A stretch of 64,000 bases of DNA, taken from positions 1 through 64,000 of IMG/VR virus record IMGVR_UViG_3300028591_000095. One strand, written 5' to 3'. The DNA comes from a virus. Taxonomy: Duplodnaviria; Caudoviricetes. Positions 1-7,750 of the stretch are shown piece by piece; the first letter of the stretch is position 1, and each line of letters starts with the position of its first letter. The notes under the pieces were generated by a model, which was not told where the DNA came from, ran no database searches, and saw nothing but the letters and a program-made list of their open reading frames with translations. A program made the translations under genes and the position numbers.

Positions 1-1445
1 GTAGTACCACCAGCTGCATATTGTGATACATAATAATCATTCAATGATGGTGTTGATGTTCCAGTGCTCAAAAGGTTTATTGCGGCGGATACACCCGCTG
101 ATGTATTTGGTACATAATCCAATGCAGGGATATCGCCTTTAACGACATTTGCAGTTCCAGTGATATGTCCCTGTGCATCATATGTTATCTTTTTGAATAC
201 TGCAGATGTTTGTGCTGTGATTGAGTTAGAATGTTTTATAATAACTCCATCTTTTAATACATATTTATTATCACCAGTACCAATATCTGTTGTGGTTGGT
301 GTTACAGTAATACCAGCTTCACCAGAAACATCATCTGCCGACATCGTTTGAATCCAATCAGTCCATGCACCACTACTATCATTAGAATCATCCATTCTCG
401 TAATAAGATGACCATCTGAACCCATTATTTGTAATTTATCAGTACCTGATGAAACTTGGAGACCAACCCAATCATATGTATCACCAATCAGACTGTTACC
501 CTGGAACATAAATGAACCTTGTGTTGAATCAATGGTTGATGATGTCAATGTTTTATTATACTGAGGAAAGATTCCTGTCAATGATGTACCATCATAATAG
601 AACATTGGATTGTATGCAAATAATGCCAATTGATATATTGATGTATTATACATACATCCAAGAAGAATATAATATTTTCCCGTTGTGAATGTTTGTGTTA
701 ATCCGGTTGATGTAATTGACCAATATCCATTTGAATCCATTGTGCATTCGATGTACACAGGTTTGTATTGTGCAAATCCAGCAGATGTTGTTATATTACA
801 ACTGTAACGAAGATCAGCCGAAGGCCACTGTTCATACAATACATTGTTTGCAATGACATTTCCATTTGTGACTGTTGCATTTGCCGAATGATACATTATT
901 GTCGGAGGATATAAAAACTTCGCACCTGTATTAAATGCTTTTGAAGTTCCAGTACCACTGGTGGTTGTAAATGATTGCATTCTCTGATTACTGTCAAGAC
1001 CAACCAATGAATAGTTGAACACACCAGTGGTGCCAGCATATATTCGAGTCTGTACTGATGTACGATCATAATGATCTGAATCAGTATTAAGATCTCCGAC
1101 AATCTGCCAATATGTACCATCATACACGAATAGATATATTCGATTTGCAGTTAATGTACCAGCTGCGGGTAAATTAGCATTACGATATTTTATTCCTTTT
1201 GCTCCCGTTGAGTTAACATTCATTGTCAAATCCGCAACCGCTGCGGTGTTTGTTACTGTAAATTTTATTGCGACCCATGATCCAGTTTCCAATTTAAAAC
1301 CACTCATTGTTACTGTTTTGGCGGCAGTCGCCGCAGCTGTACCACATGTGACATAATGTATTGCTGGATCTTCTTTGATTTGATATGTTGAAGTTCCAGT
1401 ACCCGCGCTATTGGGTACTGTCAGTCCCTTGACATATTCAGCCAT
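1..1445 (-). CDS. Tail fibre protein, 3'-truncated by the window edge (not in ORF track)
   Basis: ATG at 1445 follows an RBS-like GAAAGGATGA. My translation begins MAEYVKGLTVPNSAGTGTSTYQIKEDPAIHYVTCGTAAATAAKTVTMSGFKLETGSWVAIKFTVTNTAA...LNVNSTGAK-like...FVYDGTYWQIVGD, a common phage tail-fibre module. The same frame is open at the left edge (TSTPSLNDYYVSQYAAGGT); I did not translate every codon in between. Confidence 0.75.
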   Translation of the reverse strand, partial: MAEYVKGLTVPNSAGTGTSTYQIKEDPAIHYVTCGTAAATAAKTVTMSGFKLETGSWVAIKFTVTNTAAVADLTMNVNSTGAKGIKYRNANLPAAGTLTANRIYLFVYDGTYWQIVGDLNTDSDHYDRTSVQTRIYAGTTGVFNYSLVGLDSNQRMQSFTTTSGTGTSKAFNTGAKFLYPPTIMYHSANATVTNGNVIANNVLYEQWPSADLRYSCNITTSAGFAQYKPVYIECTMDSNGYWSITSTGLTQTFTTGKYYILLGCMYNTSIYQLALFAYNPMFYYDGTSLTGIFPQYNKTLTSSTIDSTQGSFMFQGNSLIGDTYDWVGLQVSSGTDKLQIMGSDGHLITRMDDSNDSSGAWTDWIQTMSADDVSGEAGITVTPTTTDIGTGDNKYVLKDGVIIKHSNSITAQTSAVFKKITYDAQGHITGTANVVKGDIPALDYVPNTSAGVSAAINLLSTGTSTPSLNDYYVSQYAAGGT

Positions 1446-1481
1446 GTTTCATCATCCTTTCTTATAAGATTTATAGGAAAC

Positions 1482-1494
1482 TTACATGGAAGTA
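1482..1494 (-). promoter_or_regulatory. Putative late promoter (degenerate TACT-N6-TAA)
   Basis: Minus strand reads TACT TCCATG TAAG, a variant of the motif seen upstream of other structural genes. Confidence 0.35.
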
Positions 1495-1515
1495 TTTCCA
1501 AAGAATCAAAGTAAA

Positions 1516-1547
1516 TATATAATCCCGGGATGTCCCGGGATTATATA
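1516..1547. terminator. Perfect 15-bp inverted repeat, probable terminator or RNA hairpin
   Basis: TATATAATCCCGGGA-TG-TCCCGGGATTATATA, just downstream of the 1562..2782 gene. Confidence 0.7.
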
Positions 1548-1561
1548 ATACATTATAAAGA

Positions 1562-2782
1562 TCAGGTTGTAACTGGTGTAACAGTCCATGTTCCTGCAGT
1601 ACCAGAGAATGTTGGCTGAGAAACACTACCAGCAGCGGTTGTGCTACCAGCAATCTTAACAGCAGTACCTGTGAATGTAGGCTGCGAAACAGAACCACTT
1701 GCGGTTGTTGTACCAGTGAACTTGTACTTGTCTCCAGTGAATGTTGGCTGCGATACAGTACCAGTTGCAGTACCGGTAACGGATACAGTTTTGTCTTCGT
1801 TTGTAGGTGTAACTGTGTATGTTGCAGGAACTGCAATGTTTCCAGTAATAAGACGAACACCTGTACCAGTGAATGTACCCTGAGTAACTGTAGCATCACC
1901 ACTCTTACCAACGGATACTGATTTCTTAGTAGGAACAGAACCACCACTGAAGTTAATCTTAAGATTCTCAGTTCCACTTGTATATGCTGTTGTAAGGGTT
2001 GCAACAGAACCAACACTATCAATGATACTAATTGATTGAGATCCAACCGATACAGCTGTACCAGTAATTGTACCAGCTGGTGTATATGTAGCATCACCAG
2101 ATGAAGCTGGAGCAACTGTTGTAGTTTTGTTTGTTGTTGTATTCGTGGTTACAGCAACACTCTTAAGAACATTGATCGTACCAGATGCTGTAACTGAACC
2201 ATTTGAGAATGTAGGTTGTGAAACACTACCTGTCAACTGAAGGGTGTAATCATCACCAGATGTAACTTTCGATGCAGATATTGATACAGATGATTGAGAA
2301 CCCGTGAATGTGGGTTTGGATACAGTACCTTCAGGTGTATAGTTAGTACCTGATGAAGGTTTAGTAATTGTGAATGTAACAGATGACGATGAACCGGTGA
2401 ATGTAGGTTTGGAAACTGTACCTGCTGGTGTTATAGTAACACTACCAGTATCTACATATGCAAAGGCTCCAAGTGCTGACATGTCTCCGAATTCACGCCA
2501 TGCAGCTCCATCCCATACGAATTCAGCATTTCCTTTAGTAACGATATCACCAGCAATTACAGTAACCGGATCAGTTTTACCAACGATGGTGACTGGGTTT
2601 GTTGTTGCTCCATCTGATACATTTGAAGTGGTTACACCGACATAGTGCATGCCACCTTCAAGTACAGGAAGGATATCGTTTACAATGGTTTCTCGTGCCC
2701 AAGCATCTTTAAGGTCATACGTGACATACGCAGTACCCGCAGAATTTGGCACTGTAATATTTGATATTACGCTATTAGGCAT
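1562..2782 (-). CDS. Tail fibre-like protein with GxVS(K/Q)PTF(T/S)G repeats
   Basis: 406 aa, rich in Thr/Ser/Gly/Val, with about 6 copies of GxVS[KQ]PTF[TS]; N-terminal EFVWDGAAWREFGD module; lies in the fibre cluster. Confidence 0.65.
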   Translation of the reverse strand: MPNSVISNITVPNSAGTAYVTYDLKDAWARETIVNDILPVLEGGMHYVGVTTSNVSDGATTNPVTIVGKTDPVTVIAGDIVTKGNAEFVWDGAAWREFGDMSALGAFAYVDTGSVTITPAGTVSKPTFTGSSSSVTFTITKPSSGTNYTPEGTVSKPTFTGSQSSVSISASKVTSGDDYTLQLTGSVSQPTFSNGSVTASGTINVLKSVAVTTNTTTNKTTTVAPASSGDATYTPAGTITGTAVSVGSQSISIIDSVGSVATLTTAYTSGTENLKINFSGGSVPTKKSVSVGKSGDATVTQGTFTGTGVRLITGNIAVPATYTVTPTNEDKTVSVTGTATGTVSQPTFTGDKYKFTGTTTASGSVSQPTFTGTAVKIAGSTTAAGSVSQPTFSGTAGTWTVTPVTT

Positions 2783-4437
2783 TATTCAACATCTCCTTTA
2801 TTTCGATATAATATTAGTCGTTCAGGATCTAACTCAGACATGACAGCTCCTACTTTATCATTCCAATTTTCAATGTCTTCATCTGTAACTTTACAGGTCG
2901 GGTTGAATACCGGAAGATCTATCAGAGGTGTGTGACCATCTCCGAGTTTTACACCGGGGATCCCTTCCGCGACATGGTAATCGGTGTAAAAGTATAAAAC
3001 TTTATCTTCAGATATCAACAAAGGTTGAGCATCCCATTCTTCCTTTGTAGCATATAAAGTTTTTGAAATATCATAATACAATGACGAACGGATACCATCA
3101 ACTGTTTTACCATTGATTGAAGGTTTATCATCCAGATCATCATAGTCACCAGAGAATGCAACATCTGCAAGTTCTTCCTTTGATACAACCCGGTCTTCCA
3201 AAGCTTGAACATGCATGATTGTATCATTCAATTTACCGAATGATTGAGCTAATGATTCTCCATCTACAAGTAATTCAAGATCACCTGTATAGTATAGATC
3301 AGTCTCAAATTCAGGTTGATCATCAACTGGTAATCCAACAAAGTGTTTATCATACCAAGTATAGTCACTGAATGAATCTCCAGGTTCACCGATTACATAA
3401 TTTTCATCGACCCATTTATAGTGTTTGGTTGGATTGAAATGAAGAGGTTCTTCTTCAAGTTCATCATGTTGTAGAGCAAAGTACCTTGTCCATGAAGTAT
3501 CCCAATCTGGAGGTTCCTCATGCAACAAAACAAATTGATTTGGATCAACCAGTTCAGTATAAACATCATCGATTGGATCATGAGGAATCGTAATTTCTTC
3601 AGTTCCGTCTCGAGTACGAATTGTCAATATATTCATATGATCGGGATCTTCTTGAGTGATATCTAAAATACCGTCGTTGTGAATAACACCTTGATGATGA
3701 TCATCCTCTGGAGGTTCAATACTGATTCCGTCTCCAGGTTCATATTCAGTTTTTATTTCACTCCAAGTACCATCACCTTTGAGATATTTGTCAATGTCTG
3801 TGGTTTCTGGGTGTGGTACTAAACCATCTTCACCGATAGTTATTGCAGTTGCACCGGTAAATGGTTTATATGGTAACAGATTTAATTTCTCTTTATCTTC
3901 ATGAGTGAAAGATTCCTCAGTTGCATCGAGGATAGATTTATTGTCATGAGTATGTAATTTAGATTCAATTTGTTCCAGTCGTGGTTCAAGTTCTTCTTTC
4001 TTTACATATTCAGACAAATCAATATCTGTAATCGGAGCACCAACTAACAACCATCGATTTCCATTCCAGATATATTCATCCGGATCTGGTTTAATATCTT
4101 CATCAGAGCTCTTGACAAATCTGACATCACCGAGTTTATTTCCAGTGGTTGGAAGATGTTCTTTATCAACATATACATCAGTAGAAGCAATCGCCATGAA
4201 ATCAAGATTACCGATTATGGTATCGACTTCTTCTTTTGTATAGTAATCTGACAGATCTGATGATCCAGCAATGTATGGAAGATTCTTGTAGTGTTTATTA
4301 CCTACACCAACTTTGATCTTCATTGTATTGTCATCAAATATTTCGATACACAAAGTTCCACGAGGGATGATACGTGCTCGATGTGAAGTTGAATTCCATT
4401 GGGCTGTCGTGGCTACAATGTGATCATGATTATCCAT
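2782..4437 (-). CDS. Tail fibre/attachment protein with two Mtd_N (hyaluronidase N-terminal)-like modules
   Basis: N-terminal TTAQW...RGTLCIE...KIKVGVGNKHYKNLPY and C-terminal TKEEW...VKLGDGHTPLIDLP both match the Mtd_N-type pattern. Also has fibre motifs LSDYYTKEEVD and LADVAFSGDYDDLDDKP. Start moved to ATG 4437 behind GGAGGTG. Confidence 0.65.
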   Translation of the reverse strand: MDNHDHIVATTAQWNSTSHRARIIPRGTLCIEIFDDNTMKIKVGVGNKHYKNLPYIAGSSDLSDYYTKEEVDTIIGNLDFMAIASTDVYVDKEHLPTTGNKLGDVRFVKSSDEDIKPDPDEYIWNGNRWLLVGAPITDIDLSEYVKKEELEPRLEQIESKLHTHDNKSILDATEESFTHEDKEKLNLLPYKPFTGATAITIGEDGLVPHPETTDIDKYLKGDGTWSEIKTEYEPGDGISIEPPEDDHHQGVIHNDGILDITQEDPDHMNILTIRTRDGTEEITIPHDPIDDVYTELVDPNQFVLLHEEPPDWDTSWTRYFALQHDELEEEPLHFNPTKHYKWVDENYVIGEPGDSFSDYTWYDKHFVGLPVDDQPEFETDLYYTGDLELLVDGESLAQSFGKLNDTIMHVQALEDRVVSKEELADVAFSGDYDDLDDKPSINGKTVDGIRSSLYYDISKTLYATKEEWDAQPLLISEDKVLYFYTDYHVAEGIPGVKLGDGHTPLIDLPVFNPTCKVTDEDIENWNDKVGAVMSELDPERLILYRNKGDVE

Positions 4438-4482
4438 ATTACACACCTCCTATCATATATAATAATAGTGTTGGGTAACACC

Positions 4483-4495
4483 TTATCCGTTGGTT
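4483..4495 (-). promoter_or_regulatory. Putative late promoter AACC-N6-TAA
   Basis: Minus strand AACC AACGGA TAAG upstream of the fibre operon. Confidence 0.55.
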
Positions 4496-4515
4496 CGTTA
4501 ACTATTATTCTTACA

Positions 4516-4557
4516 TTCCATATATACATTATTCTTATGAGCAATACGAAAGTATTG
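4516..4557 (+). promoter_or_regulatory. Putative early (virion RNAP) promoter followed by a GAAA-tetraloop hairpin
   Basis: TTCCATATATACATTATT then CAATAC-GAAA-GTATTG; the motif recurs at 9999, 40328 and 54599. Confidence 0.6.
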
Positions 4558-4585
4558 TATCATTATACGAAAGGAGATATGTTAA

Positions 4586-4759
4586 ATGAAAAACATATCA
4601 GATATTGTTGAGGCTGTAAAAGCCATCAGATCATTCGCAAAAACAATAAGTGAGAGTGAGGTTTCCAAAGAGGACATGGAGTCACTCGCAACTCTCTCAC
4701 CCACACTCAAAGAGGGTCTCGACAACATGAATGAGTGGATGAACGGAGGTGACAAGTAA
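4586..4759 (+). CDS. Small hypothetical early protein, 57 aa (not in ORF track)
   Basis: AAAGGAG RBS, ATG 4586, MKNISDIVEAVKAIRSFAK...WMNGGDK*; stop codon is 1 nt before the next ATG. Confidence 0.7.
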   Translation: MKNISDIVEAVKAIRSFAKTISESEVSKEDMESLATLSPTLKEGLDNMNEWMNGGDK

Positions 4760-4760
4760 T

Positions 4761-5585
4761 ATGTTAGATCTCAAAATCTACACTGAATTCGCTCAGAAGA
4801 TGAACGAATTCTCAGAAACCATGACACTCGCAGGTATCTCATTCGATGATCTCGCTAAGTTGGATGAGATCTGTCCGATCTCCAACGATTTACTCGTCAT
4901 CAAGAACTGGTGGAACGGAAAGTCAACCAAGACTGCTAAGACTGAGGCTAAACCCGAACCTAAGGTTGAAACTCCTAAAAAGGATACAAAGAAGAAAGAA
5001 ACTCGTGGTAAGCGTCCCTACAATAAGCTGACCAACGATAGGGCTGCAATAATCTCAGAGTACATAGCTACAAGACATAACGATGATACTTTTGAAGTTA
5101 CTGTTAAAGATTGTGCGGCTGAATTCAAGGAATCACCTAAGACAATTCAGCGTCTTCTTGAAAAGACCACGTTTGTTCCAATCACAGACCGATACTTTAA
5201 GGTGTGTTCAGGACGTATCGTTGCAGTTCTCACTGAGAAGAAGAATATCTTTGGATCAAACCAGTCTGACATCAAATTGATCAAAGACTTGTTAAAAGAC
5301 TGCAACTACAATGTCATATCAGCTATAACTGAGGATATGTCAGCTAACGACGTTGTTAAACTGGCAATGGTCAGACTTGCCATGTTCAAACACGGAGAGA
5401 TCGACAGCATTGGCGGTGGTGTCAAGGAAATCTTCATAATGGAAGCAATTGCCTCCAATAGAAGCGGAAATAACGACGCCATCATCAAGGCAGTCAACAA
5501 AAAGTACGGTGTGACTTGTACACCGGAACTGGTCTCCGCTGTTAGAACTGGCAGATCCCATAAGGAGATCTTTGCTAGATTCTAA
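4761..5585 (+). CDS. Hypothetical early protein, possibly DNA-binding (two HTH-like segments)
   Basis: Start moved to ATG 4761 behind GGAGGTG. Segments CAAEFKESPKTIQRLL and VNKKYGVTCTPELVSAVRTGRSHK resemble HTH modules; Lys-rich linker. Confidence 0.5.
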   Translation: MLDLKIYTEFAQKMNEFSETMTLAGISFDDLAKLDEICPISNDLLVIKNWWNGKSTKTAKTEAKPEPKVETPKKDTKKKETRGKRPYNKLTNDRAAIISEYIATRHNDDTFEVTVKDCAAEFKESPKTIQRLLEKTTFVPITDRYFKVCSGRIVAVLTEKKNIFGSNQSDIKLIKDLLKDCNYNVISAITEDMSANDVVKLAMVRLAMFKHGEIDSIGGGVKEIFIMEAIASNRSGNNDAIIKAVNKKYGVTCTPELVSAVRTGRSHKEIFARF

Positions 5586-5599
5586 AAGGAGCTGATAAA

Positions 5600-6832
5600 A
5601 TGGGAAAAGGTAAAAGGATCAGAGAACAAAGAAAGATAAAAGCTACTGAAAACACTCTTGATCTCAGTAAAACTTCAACACTGAAAATGCTTGGTAATAT
5701 TAGAGACACTAAGCAACAAGAGTTAGTGACTTTAATAGTGGCAAAACATATAAAGGATCATTTCGATGTATCTCATACACCATATGGTGAATATAACATA
5801 GAATTGTCATATGACACACGTCGTGACGATCTGAATAACCTAATAGACGCATTGCATGATGCTGGTATTTCTGAAGTTACATTTTCATATCCAAATGTAT
5901 CAGGAAATAATTTCTGTATTGAAGTTGAATCAGTTTCGGAAGATTATATCGACGATATAAACGATTCAGTTCCAAAGGCTGACATTATAATATCAGAAGA
6001 TAAATTATCCGAATTAAATAATAAATATGGTTTCACTCCAAAATATGATGGATATGACATGGTGACTAGATTATCTTATGATGATCTAATATTCGCTTCA
6101 TCAAACTGGGATTTTAAGATCAGAGTTATTGTCAACATAGAATCTACTAAAAATGAAATTCAATACATGAAACAACACAATGAAACCTGGGGTAGAATGA
6201 TTGTAGGCTATATAATAATATATGATAACATGGTGTCTGAGGATCCTGATGAATGGGATGTGGCAATGCCCATACATATATATGAGTCATTTAGAACTAG
6301 AAAACAGAGATATTATCAGTTCATCGCATCAGAGGATGATGGTATATTTTCTATATCAGATAAATTTGAAGTAAGAAGAAAATTCCGTCATAACATGATC
6401 CAGTTTGGGTCTGACAGATATACCATAACATCATTTAATCAAATGCTACTAATGTGGGAGAATATTGCCAAGGCTCTTAATGACCCTGAGATAAAAGAGA
6501 TCTGGGAAACCAAAGAAATAAAAATAAGTAACGACCCAAGCATCAAACGTTATTCTTCAAACAAGAAACCTCTTGAGAACATTAAGAGGATTTATATGTG
6601 TGAACACCAATCGACAGGTCGTGAAATCGAACGACACACGGACAAGTGGTACGTTCGAGGACATGAAGTTCACAGAAAGAACGGGAAAGTATTCTTTAGA
6701 AAAGGTTACTACAAAGGACCTGGTCGTGATGATAAAGATACTAAACCTGAACCAAGAAAGCGAGTCATTAATACATTCGGGAATACTCTGGACAAAGAGG
6801 ATCTCGATGATTTCTATAATCTTATTAAGTAA
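5600..6832 (+). CDS. Hypothetical phage protein with C-terminal VRGH...GK...YKG basic motif
   Basis: 410-aa ORF with AAAGGAG RBS; the WYVRGHEVHRKNGKVFFRKGYYKG motif is typical of uncharacterised phage proteins. Confidence 0.6.
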   Translation: MGKGKRIREQRKIKATENTLDLSKTSTLKMLGNIRDTKQQELVTLIVAKHIKDHFDVSHTPYGEYNIELSYDTRRDDLNNLIDALHDAGISEVTFSYPNVSGNNFCIEVESVSEDYIDDINDSVPKADIIISEDKLSELNNKYGFTPKYDGYDMVTRLSYDDLIFASSNWDFKIRVIVNIESTKNEIQYMKQHNETWGRMIVGYIIIYDNMVSEDPDEWDVAMPIHIYESFRTRKQRYYQFIASEDDGIFSISDKFEVRRKFRHNMIQFGSDRYTITSFNQMLLMWENIAKALNDPEIKEIWETKEIKISNDPSIKRYSSNKKPLENIKRIYMCEHQSTGREIERHTDKWYVRGHEVHRKNGKVFFRKGYYKGPGRDDKDTKPEPRKRVINTFGNTLDKEDLDDFYNLIK

Positions 6833-6839
6833 TCTATAC

Positions 6840-6869
6840 ACACCCGGGTTTAACCCGGGTGTATTTTTT
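6840..6869 (+). terminator. Rho-independent terminator
   Basis: ACACCCGGGTT-T-AACCCGGGTGT followed by a T-run. Confidence 0.75.
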
Positions 6870-6873
6870 CATT

Positions 6874-6886
6874 CACGATTTGGTAA
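6874..6886 (+). promoter_or_regulatory. Putative late promoter CACG-N6-TAA driving the endolysin
   Basis: CACG ATTTGG TAAT lies between the terminator and the AAGGAGG RBS. Confidence 0.5.
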
Positions 6887-6910
6887 TCTAATACGAAGGA
6901 GGTCGTTAGT

Positions 6911-7723
6911 ATGGCGACAGTATTACAACCAGACCGAGTTGTCACATGCAATGGTGTCAAGGTAAATCAATATTTTTTGACCGTGAATAATCCTTTCCAT
7001 ATTGATATGCCTACATCAGAAATGAATAAAGTCATAGGTGTGACAATTCACAACACCGATTGGATATCCGTCATCCAAGGTAGCACCCCAGCAGAACAGT
7101 ACACTCGTGCAACTGTCAATGGTAATATGAATGATGTCCGTGTTCATTATTATGTTGATGATAAATGTGCATGGCAAAATTTACCATTGAACCGTGCGGG
7201 TTGGCATGCTGCAGATGGCAAAGGTGATGGAAACAGAAAAACAATTGCAATCGAATGTATCATGTCACCTAATTACAATGGTATCGATCAAGCATCTGAA
7301 TTGAATGCAGCTCGATTAGCAGCATACTTACTCCACGAATACAATCTGGATATCAATCATTTGTATACACATACACATTGGTTGAATGTCAGAGATGGTA
7401 AACGCGGTGATGTTGATTTTTTGAATACCGATTATAACAAAAATAAGATGTGTCCTTTATATATCCTGCCACATTGGAATGATTTCAAAGAGAAAGTTCA
7501 AGATTATTTAAATGAATTGAACAATGGTAATGAAATTGAACATTCTAATGAATTGGTATATTTGAAGAAAGGAACTCCGATATTCCCGAACGCAGGAGTC
7601 AATACCAGAATGAGTGGTATCATTAAAACATCATGCAAATATACGATCGTTGAAAAACGTTCTGCGTATGGTGTTAATTGGGGTAGATTGAAATCAAATA
7701 AAGGATGGGTTAAATTGAAATAA
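6911..7723 (+). CDS. N-acetylmuramoyl-L-alanine amidase (Amidase_2 endolysin) with C-terminal SH3-like cell-wall-binding domain
   Basis: Zn-amidase motifs TIHNT, VHYYVDD, GWHAADG, IAIEC, YTH, KMCP; C-terminal YTIVE...WGRLKS..GW. Confidence 0.9.
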   Translation: MATVLQPDRVVTCNGVKVNQYFLTVNNPFHIDMPTSEMNKVIGVTIHNTDWISVIQGSTPAEQYTRATVNGNMNDVRVHYYVDDKCAWQNLPLNRAGWHAADGKGDGNRKTIAIECIMSPNYNGIDQASELNAARLAAYLLHEYNLDINHLYTHTHWLNVRDGKRGDVDFLNTDYNKNKMCPLYILPHWNDFKEKVQDYLNELNNGNEIEHSNELVYLKKGTPIFPNAGVNTRMSGIIKTSCKYTIVEKRSAYGVNWGRLKSNKGWVKLK

Positions 7724-7724
7724 G

Positions 7725-7749
7725 GATGTGGGGGTATTACCCCCACATC
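7725..7749. terminator. Hairpin between convergent genes
   Basis: GATGTGGGGGTA-T-TACCCCCACATC. Confidence 0.7.
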
Positions 7750-7750
7750 A

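Noticed and set aside
1471-2115. 214-aa alternative-frame ORF, plus the many 60-190 aa shadow ORFs such as 59609..60175 and 19268..19798
   Set aside because: They overlap better-supported genes, have L/V/Q- or S/T-skewed composition expected from codon bias and repeats, and I saw no convincing RBS
2782-4437. Diversity-generating retroelement suggested by Mtd_N-like modules
   Set aside because: No reverse transcriptase and no TR/VR pair differing at adenines was seen in the window; Mtd_N is a generic fibre module
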